Shown here one piece after another: positions 10,819 through 21,719 of a stretch of 41,713 nt of DNA. Source of the stretch: Chiloscyllium plagiosum (taxonomy: Eukaryota); the NCBI RefSeq assembly GCF_004010195.1, contig NC_057728.1, forward strand, positions 51,233,464-51,275,176. The letters run 5' to 3'. The notes beneath the pieces are model-generated. The model made no database searches. It worked only from the letters and a program-made list of their open reading frames with translations, and was not told the DNA's origin. Position numbers and translations under genes: made by a program. Each line of letters begins with the position of its first letter. Position 1 is the first letter of the stretch.

Positions 10819-11028
10819 TCACACGATGGATCCCTTTGAGGTTGACAGGTGTATTGACTGGATTCTTGCTGCCAGTGCAGTCTCTAAATCATGCAGCACA
10901 TCATGTCCCTGTGACTCCTCCACAGGGGAGTACAGTAATTGCTTGAAAGCTTCGTTGTCCATTAGAGAGACCATATTCTTCAGGAAGTATCCTTCACAGA
11001 ACGCAGAAAGGTGAGCAGCTCCAACAAA
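10819..11028 (-). CDS. ABTB3: ABTB3/BTBD11 terminal coding exon FVGAAHLSAFCEGYFLKNM...SIHLSTSKGSIV*
   Basis: CAG acceptor at 11029-11031; 210 nt including TGA; C-terminus matches recalled BTBD11 (SIHLSSSKGSVV) rather than ABTB2. Confidence 0.93.
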   Translation of the reverse strand, partial: FVGAAHLSAFCEGYFLKNMVSLMDNEAFKQLLYSPVEESQGHDVLHDLETALAARIQSIHLSTSKGSIV

Positions 11029-11469
11029 CTGCAGAAAGGCAAATAAAATACAGTCAGCCGGACAATGGTAACTACCTTTGCAAAGTGTCAACCCATCCCC
11101 AAGCCTGATTGTGTTGGTCTTCTCCCGTGACACTCTCCAAATGAGTTTCTGGCCTGCACAGCTCTTATCGGTGACACAAATGATGGCCATCACAAATGTG
11201 GCGATTACCAACTCTCACCTCCTTATCATTCTCAGCGTGTCTGTAGCCTTTGGCACAGCTGACCACAATCGCCCTCTACATCTAGGTTGGTGGAATTACA
11301 CTCGCCTCATTGCATTCTATTCCACCCCTTCACAACGCAGAGAAAGCCCTTGAACAGCTTCTCCTCCTGCTCCCACACTTTGACCTCAGGAGGCACTATC
11401 CCTGCAGAATCCTCTGGAAGCACAGCTTCAGGTTTCACGCGTAGACTTTCGACACCCCACCGTTCTCAA

Positions 11470-12125
11470 CAGAGACACGAGAGAGAGAGGATGAAAAGGA
11501 GTGTGCAAGAAAGTGAAAATGAGAGTGAGTGAGTAAGAACACAATAGAGAAAGAATGAGAGCACACATGGGATAGAATGTGAGAAAAATGTGCAAGAGAG
11601 TGAGGCGAAGGGTGGAGGGAAGAGAGGGAGAGAGAGAGAGAGAGACACACACACAGACAGAGCAAGACAAAGAGGGAAAAAAGAAAGTGAGAGTGAGAAA
11701 ACATGAGAAAGACAATAAGGTAGAGACAGCAAGTTTCAATGAGACAAGAGCTAGGGAGACAAACCAAATGAGAAAGAGGATGTGTGAGAGAGAGTGCAAA
11801 GAGAGCAGTGAGTATGTCAGACTAAGTGAGAGAATGAGAGGAAGAGTGAGAGAGTGTCAGAGACAGAGATACAGAGTGAAAGAAGAGCACAAGAGTGTGA
11901 GAGCGTGAGAAGGAGATCAAGCACAAGAGAGGACAAGTGAGAGCAATAGCAGTAGCAAGGAAGCGAGAGAAAGTGAGGAAGAGAGACAGCACAAGATTGG
12001 GACCGAGAGAGAGAGAGCGAGAGAATAGTCAAATGAGAACAAGTGAGAGCAGAGTGAGTGAGAAGATGAGAGAACAAGTGTGGAGGAGCGCAAGAGAGTG
12101 GGAGTGTGCAGGAGTGAGAGGGGAG
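11470..12125. repeat. GA-rich low-complexity tract in the last ABTB3 intron
   Basis: Degenerate (GA)n/(GAGT)n sequence; explains the R/E-rich and L/S-rich spurious ORFs. Confidence 0.9.
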
Positions 12126-12144
12126 TTTGGGAAATTACTCTCAC

Positions 12145-12258
12145 CTTGGAGTGATTATACATTTCCACACAGTTGTCAACATTGATAATCTTCGTACATA
12201 GGAGCTCACAGTGTCGCTGCAAAGCCTCAAGCTGGAAGAACTTTGCTGCTGATAACAA
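12145..12258 (-). CDS. ABTB3: ABTB3 exon LLSAAKFFQLEALQRHCELLCTKIINVDNCVEMYNHSK (BTB C-terminal part)
   Basis: CAG acceptor and GTGAGA donor; 114 nt, phase 0/0. Confidence 0.95.
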
Positions 12259-13312
12259 CTGGAACAGAAACATGAGGTGGCTGTCACCGTCAGCATCAAT
12301 AAAGTTCAAAACCTGACAAAATCACTGGAGGTACATTCTCAACAGCAATATTTAAAAATACTCAAGCAGCAATTGGTCATTAGTTGGACTTTGAGGAAAT
12401 ATTCTCAGACTAGAAATTAAACTGCCCTAGATGTGAGCAAAACTGAAAAGTAGCAAAGAAACTGAAGTATGATTCTACTTCAGGCTGAGCAAAGGGTCTC
12501 ACCAGGGAACGAACACACACACACAGACACACATGCACACGCACACACACACAGACATGTATGACATATATAACATACTGGCGTTGGCAGCGTCAGGAGG
12601 TGAGTTACTCACTGCAGGATTCATAGCCTCTGACCTGCTCTTGTAGCTAATGTATTTATATGGCTAGACCAGTCAGTCTCTGGTGTGCCAATGAATGACA
12701 AGGAACAATGGTTAGATTCTCTTTTGTTGGAGATAGTCATTGCCCGACATTTTTGTGGCACTAATGTTCCTTGCCATGTATCAGCCCAAGCCTGGATATC
12801 GTCCATACGCACCAGGATTGGAACGTGGACTGCTCTAATGAAATGAGTGGGCACAAATTTGGCAGATGGAGCATCATGTGGTAAAATAAAATTGTCCATT
12901 TTGACAGGAAAAATAAATGGAGAGCCTGCTGCACACTGTAATATAGAGGGATTGGAGTGGGGTTGTACACTTAGTCACAAAACGTCAGCATGCAGATACA
13001 AAAAAAAATTATAAAGCGAACAGAATTTCTTTATTCTGTCATGGTGGGTGTGCGGGGAGGGGGAGGAGGAGATGACAGTGGTAGGAACGTCTTATAACAA
13101 TTGTACTGGGCATTAGTGGGACAGCACTTGGAGAACTGTGCACATTTCTTGGTCTCCACACTTGAGGGATGTACTTGCATTGGAAGCATTTCAGAGAAAC
13201 TTTACTCAGCTGATTCCCGAGATGAAGGAGGTAATTTTATTGGGAGCAGCTTTGGCCCTTTGGCTTTTACGACTAAGAGAGCTGTGTTTACGGAATCACG
13301 AAGTTCTGAGGG

Positions 13313-13521
13313 GCAAGTAGTTGTCACCAAAGTCCCAGAGGGGCCATAGGGCTGCTCTCTCATTAGCGAGAGATGACTGGTGGAGGTTTAACCTGAGGGT
13401 CACCACAGCTCTGGTGAGAGGCAACGTTGAGAAGACAAGAGCTTCATCAGCCGACAGAGGGATGTTGGGATCACTCTACATCACAAACCAGCCATCCAGC
13501 CAAGTGAGCTAACCAACTCCT
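13313..13521 (-). mobile_element. Short tRNA-head SINE inserted in a decayed CR1 fragment (about 12835-13800, +)
   Basis: Minus head GGTTAGCTCACTTGGCTGG; flanking direct repeat GTTCTGAGGG at 13303-13312 and 13522-13531. Confidence 0.6.
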
Positions 13522-13984
13522 GTTCTGAGGGAAATGGCAGGGTAGATGATGGGAGGATGCTTCTCCTAAAATCTAAAAAGAGGGGGCAAAGTTAAAAATA
13601 AGAGGTCTCCCATTGAGGGTGATGATAAATGAATTTTGCAATCTTCTTCCCTAGAGAGCAGTGAAGGTGGGATCCACTGATTATAATCAATGCTGAGAGG
13701 ACAGATTCTTGAAAGAGAAATGAGCTCAGGGCAATGGGGTCAGGCAGTAAAGTGAAGATGAGATCACAACCAGACCAGCCATGATCTTACTGAATGGCCG
13801 CCTTGTTCCCATTTCAAGAATAGTAAAAGATTTGTGCTGAAAGATCACATGACCCCAGCCCATACAGTCCTGTCCTGCATGCATTGAAAATGATAACAGG
13901 AAATTCTGAAACGCCAAAGGGAACTCTAGCTTCCCTGGGCCCAGCAAAGAAACCCAGATTTAATCAGTGCAAAATTCAACCCAC

Positions 13985-14053
13985 CTCTAATATATCACTG
14001 TTTCTAATCTGCAGGGTCTCTGTACCTCCATAGTAAAGATACTGCATCACCAT
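13985..14053 (-). CDS. ABTB3: ABTB3 exon MVMQYLYYGGTETLQIRNSDILE (BTB)
   Basis: Polypyrimidine-CAG acceptor and GTGGGT donor; 69 nt, phase 0/0; not in the ORF track. Confidence 0.93.
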
Positions 14054-14461
14054 CTGCAGGAGAAAAACATTTAGAAAGATTAAACAGCAGGAATGAGATG
14101 GTAAGTGTTGCCCAAGCCATATGTTGAAGTATGAAATTACACACACACACACATTCTCTTCTTGAAAGTTGGTTCATCTACAAAATGCAGCATTTCATAC
14201 AACTGGCTCCTACCCACTAACATCACCGCCTGGCAGTCCCCCTTTCAACATTATACATTTACTCTGAAGAAGAATCATACCAGACTCAAAACATTGACTC
14301 TGTTTCTCTCTCCAGAGAGGCTGCCAGAGTTTCTCCAGCGTTCTCCACTTCAGATTTCCAGCACTGCAGTATTTTGTTTCAATCTGATAGATGTTTGATA
14401 GCAAGGGTTATGGAGAGACTCATAAGCCAGAAAGAAAATTGGACTGGACCAATCACTTCAT

Positions 14462-14490
14462 CTGACGAAGGAGCAGCGCTCCGAAAGCTT
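14462..14490 (+). ncRNA. Minimal hammerhead ribozyme core, family B, in a pseudo-LTR fragment (about 14455-14548)
   Basis: CTGACGA-A-GGAGC-AGC-GCTCC-GAAA-GCTT; palindromic AAGCTT; flanks TCAT/GTGA can form a 4-bp helix I. Confidence 0.6.
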
Positions 14491-14791
14491 GTGATTTCAA
14501 ATAAACCTGTTGGTCTATAACCTGGTGTCGTGTGACTTCTGATTTTATTTAAAAAGTGGGGCAGGCTCGAAAAGGCTTCCTGCTTCTACGGTCCAATGTC
14601 AGCCTTTCCCAGGGCACCCACAGGAATTGTGTCTCTACAAATGGACTGCAGCAGTTCAAGGTGGCAACTCACCAACAGCCTCACGCAGTGCAGTCAGGGA
14701 TGGGCAACAAATGCAGGCTGGTGTGTCCCCCATGGATGAAAAATTTAAAGTTTAACAAAAAGTTATGGGACCCTCGTGTAGCACAGTGGTA

Positions 14792-15016
14792 GCGTCGGGA
14801 TTGTGATGCTGGAAAAGCACAGCAGGTCAGGCAGCACCCGAGGAGCAGGAGAATTGACATTTCGAGCATAAGCTCTTCATCAGGGCTCATTCCTGATGAA
14901 GGGCTTATGCCCGAGTGGTCAATTTTCCTGCTCCTCAGATGCTGCCTGACCTGCTGTGCTTTTCCAGCACCACATTCTCGACTCTGATCTCCAGCCTCTG
15001 CAATCCTCACTTTCTC
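14792..15016. mobile_element. Palindromic Penelope pseudo-LTR insertion (family A) inside a tRNA-like SINE head
   Basis: TSD CACAGTGGTA at 14782-14791 and 15017-15026; inverted arms; minus core CTGATGA-A-GAGC-TTAT-GCTC-GAAAT-GTC at 14856-14883. Confidence 0.8.
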
Positions 15017-15339
15017 CACAGTGGTATGTCCCTACACCTGGAGGCCCAGGTTCAAGTCCTACCTGTTCCAGAGGTATGTAATAACATCGCTGAGCTGGTT
15101 GATCAGAAAAATAGGTAAATATTTTTTAAAAAAGCATGTGAGAGATATACCATTGGACCACAAGGGCATGGTGTTTTGCACAACAATGGAGGTGTCATAA
15201 GGAATGGCAGCTAGAAGCAACATTCAGCTGAAAGGATACGAGGTAGCGATCACAGAAACTGGATATAATTCAGAGCTCAGTATTCCTTGCAATGTGATCT
15301 TTACATGGGAGAGAAACTGGGAGTTGGGAAGAGGCACAA

Positions 15340-15657
15340 TTTTTTAGATTAGATTACTTACAGTGTGGAAACAGACCCTCCGGCCCAACAAGTCCACACC
15401 GACCCGCCGAAGCGTAACCCACCCATTCCCGTACATTTACCCCTTTACCTAACACTACAGGCAATTTAGCATGGCCAATTCACCTGACCTGCACATCTTT
15501 GGACTGTGGGAGGAAACCGGAGCACCCGGAGGAAACCCACGCAGACACAGGGAGAATGTGCAAACTCCACACAATCAGTCGCCTGAGTCGGGAATTGAAC
15601 CCGGGTCTCTGGCGCTGTGAGGCAGCAGTGCTAACCACTGTGCCACCGTGCCGCCCA
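15340..15657 (-). mobile_element. HE1-like V-SINE, full length
   Basis: tRNA-like head GGCGGCACGGTGGCACAGTGGTTAGCACTGCTGCCTCACAGC with B box; V-domain GTGGAGTTTGCAC...GGTTTCCTCC; tail (TAATC)n-A. Confidence 0.88.
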
Positions 15658-15890
15658 AATTTATCAATTTATCAAATTTATCAAAGACACAATCACAGCA
15701 GTGGATTGAATGGACTTCAGTAGTTGTGTGCAGTCATTACGGCACAGGAGGCAGCCATTCGGCTCATTGAGTCCATACTTGCTCTCTGCAGATCGATCCA
15801 GGTAGTCTCTATTACCCAGCTCCATCCTTCATCTGACTACCTGCCTGCGTTAGCATTTTGCACACAGCTGTTTATTGGTGTTCTGGTTAC

Positions 15891-15981
15891 CTTAAATATG
15901 TTGTACTTTATGTGGCCAATTTCGATGAAAATACTGGATGAATTGTCTGAGGACATCCTGCTTGAAAGTAGGGTCTTAAAC
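15891..15981 (-). CDS. ABTB3: ABTB3 exon (R)FKTLLSSRMSSDNSSSIFIEIGHIKYNIFK (BTB)
   Basis: TAG acceptor and GTAACC donor; 91 nt, phase 2/0, consistent with neighbouring exons. Confidence 0.92.
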
Positions 15982-16054
15982 CTAAAGACACACAGATAAG
16001 ATTGAGTTAGTTTGATAGAAAGCAGCTCACAGCAAGGCTAATGCAAATCTGGCT

Positions 16055-16745
16055 GAAAATGTGTTGCTGGAAAAGCGCAGCAGGTCAGGCAGCATCCAAG
16101 GAACAGGAGAATCGACGTTTCGGGCATAAGCCCTTCTTCAGGAATGAGGAAAGTGTGTCCAGCAGGCTAAGATAAAAGGTAGGGAGGAGGGACTTGGGGG
16201 AGGGGCTTTGGAAATGCGATAGGTGGAGGGAGGTCAAGGTGAGGGTGATAGGCCGGAGTGGGGTGGGGGCGGAGAGACATGCAGGTCCTTGGACTCCTCC
16301 ATCGCCAAACCATGGCAACACGACGGTTGGAGGAAGAGCGCCTCATCTTCTGCCTGGGAACCCTCCAACCACAAGGGATGAACTCAGATTTCTCCAGTTT
16401 CCTCATTTCCCCTCCCCCCACCTTGTCTCAGTCAAATCCCTCGAACTCAGCACCGCCTTCCTAACCTGCAATCATCTTCCTGACCTCTTCGCCCCCACCC
16501 CACTCCGGCCTATCACCCTCACCTTGATCTCCCTCCACCTATCGCATTTCCAAAGCCCCTCCCCCAAGTCCCTCCTCCCTACCTTTTATCTTAGCCTGCT
16601 GGACACTCTTTCCTCATTCCTGAAGAAGGGCTTATGCCCGAAACGTCGATTCTCCTGTTCCTTGGATACTGCCTGACCTGCTGCGCTTTTCCAGCAACAC
16701 ATTTTCAGCTCTGATCTCCAGCATCTGCAGTCCTCACTTTCTCCC
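16055..16745. mobile_element. 5'-truncated Penelope-like insertion with an inverted pseudo-LTR; intact hammerhead cores at 16114-16141 (-) and 16620-16647 (+)
   Basis: TSD CTAATGCAAATCTGGCT at 16038-16054 and 16746-16762; 220-bp arms 16052-16271 and 16490-16709; spacer encodes the endonuclease C-terminus DMQVLGLLH...LIFCLGTLQPQGMN as at 33493-33620. Confidence 0.9.
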
Positions 16746-16894
16746 CTAATGCAAATCTGGCTCCAGGCAGGTTATCCTTAAAGAAAGACCCCACAAGCAG
16801 AGGGAGGCATTGCTGAGGCAGGTGGGAGGAGGGCATGCAAATAAATAGTTAAGACAAGCAAAGCTGTCAAGGCTGTCTGATCAGAGGAGACATT

Positions 16895-17600
16895 GATCAG
16901 ATGGCGGTGCTTGGGTCTTTGCTATCAGTGAAACCCCGAGGAGAGACGAGGGTGGTGTCGCAGGTAGATGAAGATGGTGAGAAAAGCATTTGGCACGCTC
17001 GCCTTCATTGGTCAAAGCACTAACTATAGGAGTTGCGCCGTCATGTTACGGTTGTATAGGACATTGGTGAAGCCACTTGTGGAGTACGGCATACAGTTCT
17101 GGTCACCCTGCTACAGGAAATATTGTTAAACTGGAAAAGGTGCAGAAAAGACTTACAAGGTTGTTACCATGGCTGGAGGGGTTGAGTTATAAGGAGAAGC
17201 TGCAACTTTTTTCACCAGAATGTAGAAGATTGAGGTGACCTAATGGAGATTTATAAAATTATGAGGATCATAGATAGAGTGAAAAGCAAAAGGTTTTCTC
17301 CCCAGGGTAGGGGAGTCTGAAACTAGGGGGCATAGGTTTAAGGTGAGAGGGGAAAGATTTAAAGGGGTCCTGAGAGGCAACTTTTTCACACATATGTGGA
17401 ATGAACTGCCCGAGCAAGTGATAGATGCAGGTACTGTTACAACATTTAAAAGACTTTTGAACAGGAACATGAATAGGAAAGGTTTAGTGGGATATGGGCC
17501 AAACATAGGCAAATGGGACTGGTTTAGTTTGGGAAAACTGATCAGCATAGACGAGTTGGATCGAAGAGTCTGTTTTCATGCTGTATGACTCTATGACCCT
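16895..17600 (+). mobile_element. CR1 LINE 3' fragment
   Basis: Matches the reverse complement of 6600-7300; tail CTGTATGACTCTATGAC. Confidence 0.85.
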
Positions 17601-19079
17601 GTGTTGAGGAGTGACTCCCACAGTGGCACTGCTTGCACTAAGCTGCTGCCTCTGCTCAAGGAGGGGGTGGGGGGCACCCTACCGCAGGAGAAATGCTGGT
17701 GAGCTCTCTCCTAATTGGGATTTGAACATGCAGATTGGCGATTCATCACCTTGCAGTTGGATCAGGGACAGATTCTGACATGTGTTGGCCAGCACTTTCC
17801 CAGCTGCCAACACCCATCCCACCCTCCCCTCACCTGTATTCACACCATACCCAGAATGTGATTACCTTCTGCCCAATGTTTTCATTAACACACAATCAGT
17901 GAAACACCAGAGAGACTGAAGTTTTTTTCTGTTCACTCTTGGGACATGGGTGCCGCTGGCTTGGCCAGCATTTATTGCCCATCCCTAATTGCCCTTGAGA
18001 AGGTGGTGGTGAGCTGCTTTCTTGAATTGCTGTAGTCTATGTGCTGTAGGTTGGCCCACAATGCCATTAGGCAAGGAATTCCAGGATTTTGACTCAAGAA
18101 CAGTGAACAGGAACTTGCAGGTAGGTATTCAATATGGGAAATACAATCCCAGCATGGAACATGAAACTCACCCACCTACAGGAATCTGTTGGGGCACAAT
18201 GGGCCATTTGACATTTCCAAATACAACATGTTTTCACATGGTATATTTCCCCCAGTATTAATTGCTGAGACACTCCATTCTACGTATTGCCCCAGTGTTG
18301 ATTTCTAAGCTGCTCCCCAGCCTGTATTCATTCACTAACTAGTTACAGCTCATTTCCTTCTTTCCGCTAACTCCACCTTCAAGAACAACCACTGTCTTAC
18401 TTACTGTAAGAGCCTTTCATGTGGAACTACATTGAAGACTATTTGAAGGTCAGGCAGATTGCAAAGGAATACTTGCTGAAATCCACTGGGATTCCGTTCC
18501 CCATGGAGATTAAATTAGATAATTGAACTGGGATCAAGCAACCCCTACGCTCCCCCACGCACCCCCCACCCCCCAATCCTCCCCAGTCGCAACCCCAGCC
18601 TGTTTTCAGATTTATACAGCTCTGAATCTCCTAACAATCTCAGAATCGCCCAACAATCTGGTTACTTGGTTTACAGCTATGCAATTCATGCATCTCCCTT
18701 GCTGAGTTATACATGTCCCTTCCACCAATGATATTTATAATCTTTGCCCAGCTCTCACCCAATGTCAGGTATCAGGACATTTTTATCATGCTGGATCCCT
18801 CTTTTCATAGCTCTCTCCTCCTTCAAATCCTTCCTGAATGTTACCTTTTCTACCATGTTTTTGGGTCACCTGGCTCAGTTTCAGATATATGTTTTTGTCC
18901 TATTGTATGAAGCCCCTTGGTCAACTTGACCATGAACTGAGGTTCATTGGTGTCACTTGTTGTTGGTGATTGGGAATCCTGGGGGCAGGTGATCCATACT
19001 CTTGTTAAAACATCCCTCCTCCAGCCAGCCACTCACTCACCTAACCCACAGCAGAGAACATTTTAAGGGGAACAGTTTA

Positions 19080-19211
<132 letters not shown>

Positions 19212-19632
19212 TCATAACACAAAACTCAGCAGGTTACCTCGCAACATGAACTCAAACACAGGGCAACATTACAACATAAAGTGCAAGATTAAATTATAAC
19301 AGAATCACAGGGTTATGTATTCATTCCTTGTTATCCTGTGCAGCCGTTTACTCATGAATTTAGCCCCAGACCCCATCTCACTTTTTCCCAATGATTCATC
19401 TAGTCTGACCACGCGGTAGAGAGCAGAGTTACATCATAGCAATGTCCATGTTTTGCATTATCCATGGGAAGTCTATGCCCCAATCCCAACAGATAATGAG
19501 GCTTTGACATATTACAACTCAAAATGCAGGACACTACTACAACACAAAGTGCAGGGTAATCTCGAACTGAAACACAGGGTTACATTGCAATACAAAATGC
19601 AGAGTCAAATTGCAACACAAGCAGCAAACTCA

Positions 19633-19752
<120 letters not shown>

Positions 19753-19885
19753 TTAAAGGGTAATCAGAAGAGACAGTGACCATGAAGATTGTAGATATTT
19801 GCAAGATGTACTTGTCGTGTCCTGAGCACCAATGACACTTTAACACTCAACCACCAACTCAGCTTCCTTTCACCTCCATAACAAT

Positions 19886-20104
19886 CGAGTGTGTGCTACT
19901 GGAGAAGCACAGCAGGTCAGGCAGCACCTGAAGAGCAGAAGAATCGACGTTTCAGGCAAAAGCCCTTCATCAGAAAGAGCTTCATCAGGCTTTTGCCCAA
20001 AACGTTGATTTTCCTGCTCCTCGGATTCTGCCTGATCTGCTGTGCTTATCCAGCACCACACTTTCAACTCTGATCTCCAGTATCTGCAGTCCTCACTTTC
20101 ACCT
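19886..20104. mobile_element. Palindromic Penelope pseudo-LTR insertion (family A)
   Basis: TSD ACCTCCATAACAAT at 19872-19885 and 20105-20118; minus core CTGATGA-A-GGGC-TTTT-GCCT-GAAAC-GTC at 19946-19973. Confidence 0.85.
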
Positions 20105-20266
20105 ACCTCCATAACAATGCCTGCCTCAGCTCATCTGCTGCTTATCCTTGCGACTTGGCTGCTTCAATGACCCACTGCCCACCTCAATCCTTTCACCTTT
20201 GCTGAACTTCATCTAAATGCCTGCAGCGCATTCCCAAATGCAGACCAATTCCCATTCCCCCCCCCT

Positions 20267-20558
20267 CCTCGGGAGGCTTGCAATAGGGTGGTGTGGGGAG
20301 TGCATTCTTTACCAGGTGAGAGTGATCTTTCCCACCCTTGGTAACAGATACAGTTACACCATTTAAAAGATGTTTGGACAGGTACATGAATAGGGAAAAG
20401 TTCAATGGAAATGGGCCAAAAGCAGGCAAGTGGGACAAATTTAGTTTGGGATACCTGGTTGGCATGAACAAGTTGGACCGAAGAGTCTGTTTCTGTGCTG
20501 TATGACTATGTGCCATCTTAGTACGCAGGTACAGCAGATAATAAGAAAGGAATAGAGT
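20267..20558 (+). repeat. Near-identical direct copy of 21957-22279 with an internal 31-bp deletion
   Basis: 20267-20550 equals 21957-22240 with 3 mismatches seen, then resumes at AATAGAGT (22272). Confidence 0.92.
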
Positions 20559-20719
20559 GTGTTTGCGCTCACACGAACACCAGGAGATGGTGGAGTTGAG
20601 GTAATGTCAGTGGACTAGCAATCCAGAGGCCCAGGGTAATGATCTGGGAATAAAGATTCAAATCCTGCCAATTCAGTTAATAAAAATTTGTAATTGAGAG
20701 CTAGGTTCACTAACATCAT

Positions 20720-21716
20720 TCACAAACTTGATTGAGTTTTTGAGGACATGACCATAAAGGTACACGATGGCAGAGCAGTAGACATAGTCTACATGGATTT
20801 TATTAAGGTCTTTGACAAGGGTCCACATGGTAGACTAGTTAGTAAAGTTAGATCACATGGAATTTAGGGAATTGGATACAAAATTGGTGTGACGGTTGGA
20901 GACAAAGTGTGTTGGACAAGGGTTGTTTTTCAGGCTGGAGAGCTGTGACCAGCAGTACTCCACAGGGAATGGTGCTGGGTCCACTAGTGTTTGTCATTTA
21001 TATAAACGATTTGGATGAGAATTTAGGAGGCATGGTTACTAAGTTTGCGGATGACACCAAAATTGGTGGTATAGTTGACAGTGAAGATTATTTAAGATTA
21101 CAAAGGGATCTTGATTGACTGGATGGATAGACTGAGGAGTGACAGATGTAGTTTAATTTAGATAAATATGAGGTATTGATTTTGGTAAGACAAACAAGGG
21201 CAAGATTTATACAGGTAATACTAGGGCTCTGGGGACTGCTGTTGAACAGAGACACCTAGGGGCTCAGGTACATAGTTCTTTGAAAATTGCGTCAGGTAGA
21301 CAGGGTGGTTAAGAAGGCATTTAGCACACTTGCCTTCATTGCTCAGACTATTGAGTACAAGAGTTGGCACGTAATGTTGAGATTGTACAAGATGCAGGTG
21401 AGGCAACTTTAGGAGTACAGTGGAAGGTTCTAGTCGCCTGTTACAGGAAGGATATTATTAAATGGAAACGTTTCAAAAGAGATTTACCAGGATGTTGCTG
21501 GGCATGGAGGCTTGATTTTTTAGAAGGGGCTGGATGGGCTGGCACTTTTTTCACGGGAGTATAGGAGGGGGGGGGTCTTTTTCCAATGATGGGAGAGTCC
21601 AAAACTAGGGGGCATAGCTTTAAGGTGAGGGGGGAAAAGATTTAAAAGGAACCCGAGGGAGAACATTTTCACATAGAGGGCGGTTTGTGCATGGAATGAA
21701 CTACCAGAGGAAGTGG
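20720..21716 (+). mobile_element. CR1 LINE RT and 3' fragment, decayed
   Basis: PQGMVLGPLVFVIYINDLD...KFADDTKIGG in ORF 20909-21118. Confidence 0.88.
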
Positions 21717-21719
21717 TAA

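Noticed and set aside
11428..12185. Overlapping R/E-rich and L/S-rich ORFs
   Set aside because: Translation artefacts of GA/CT low-complexity DNA
15580..15657. tRNA genes (also near 23779, 25690, 10210, 39355)
   Set aside because: These are tRNA-derived SINE heads that continue into SINE bodies
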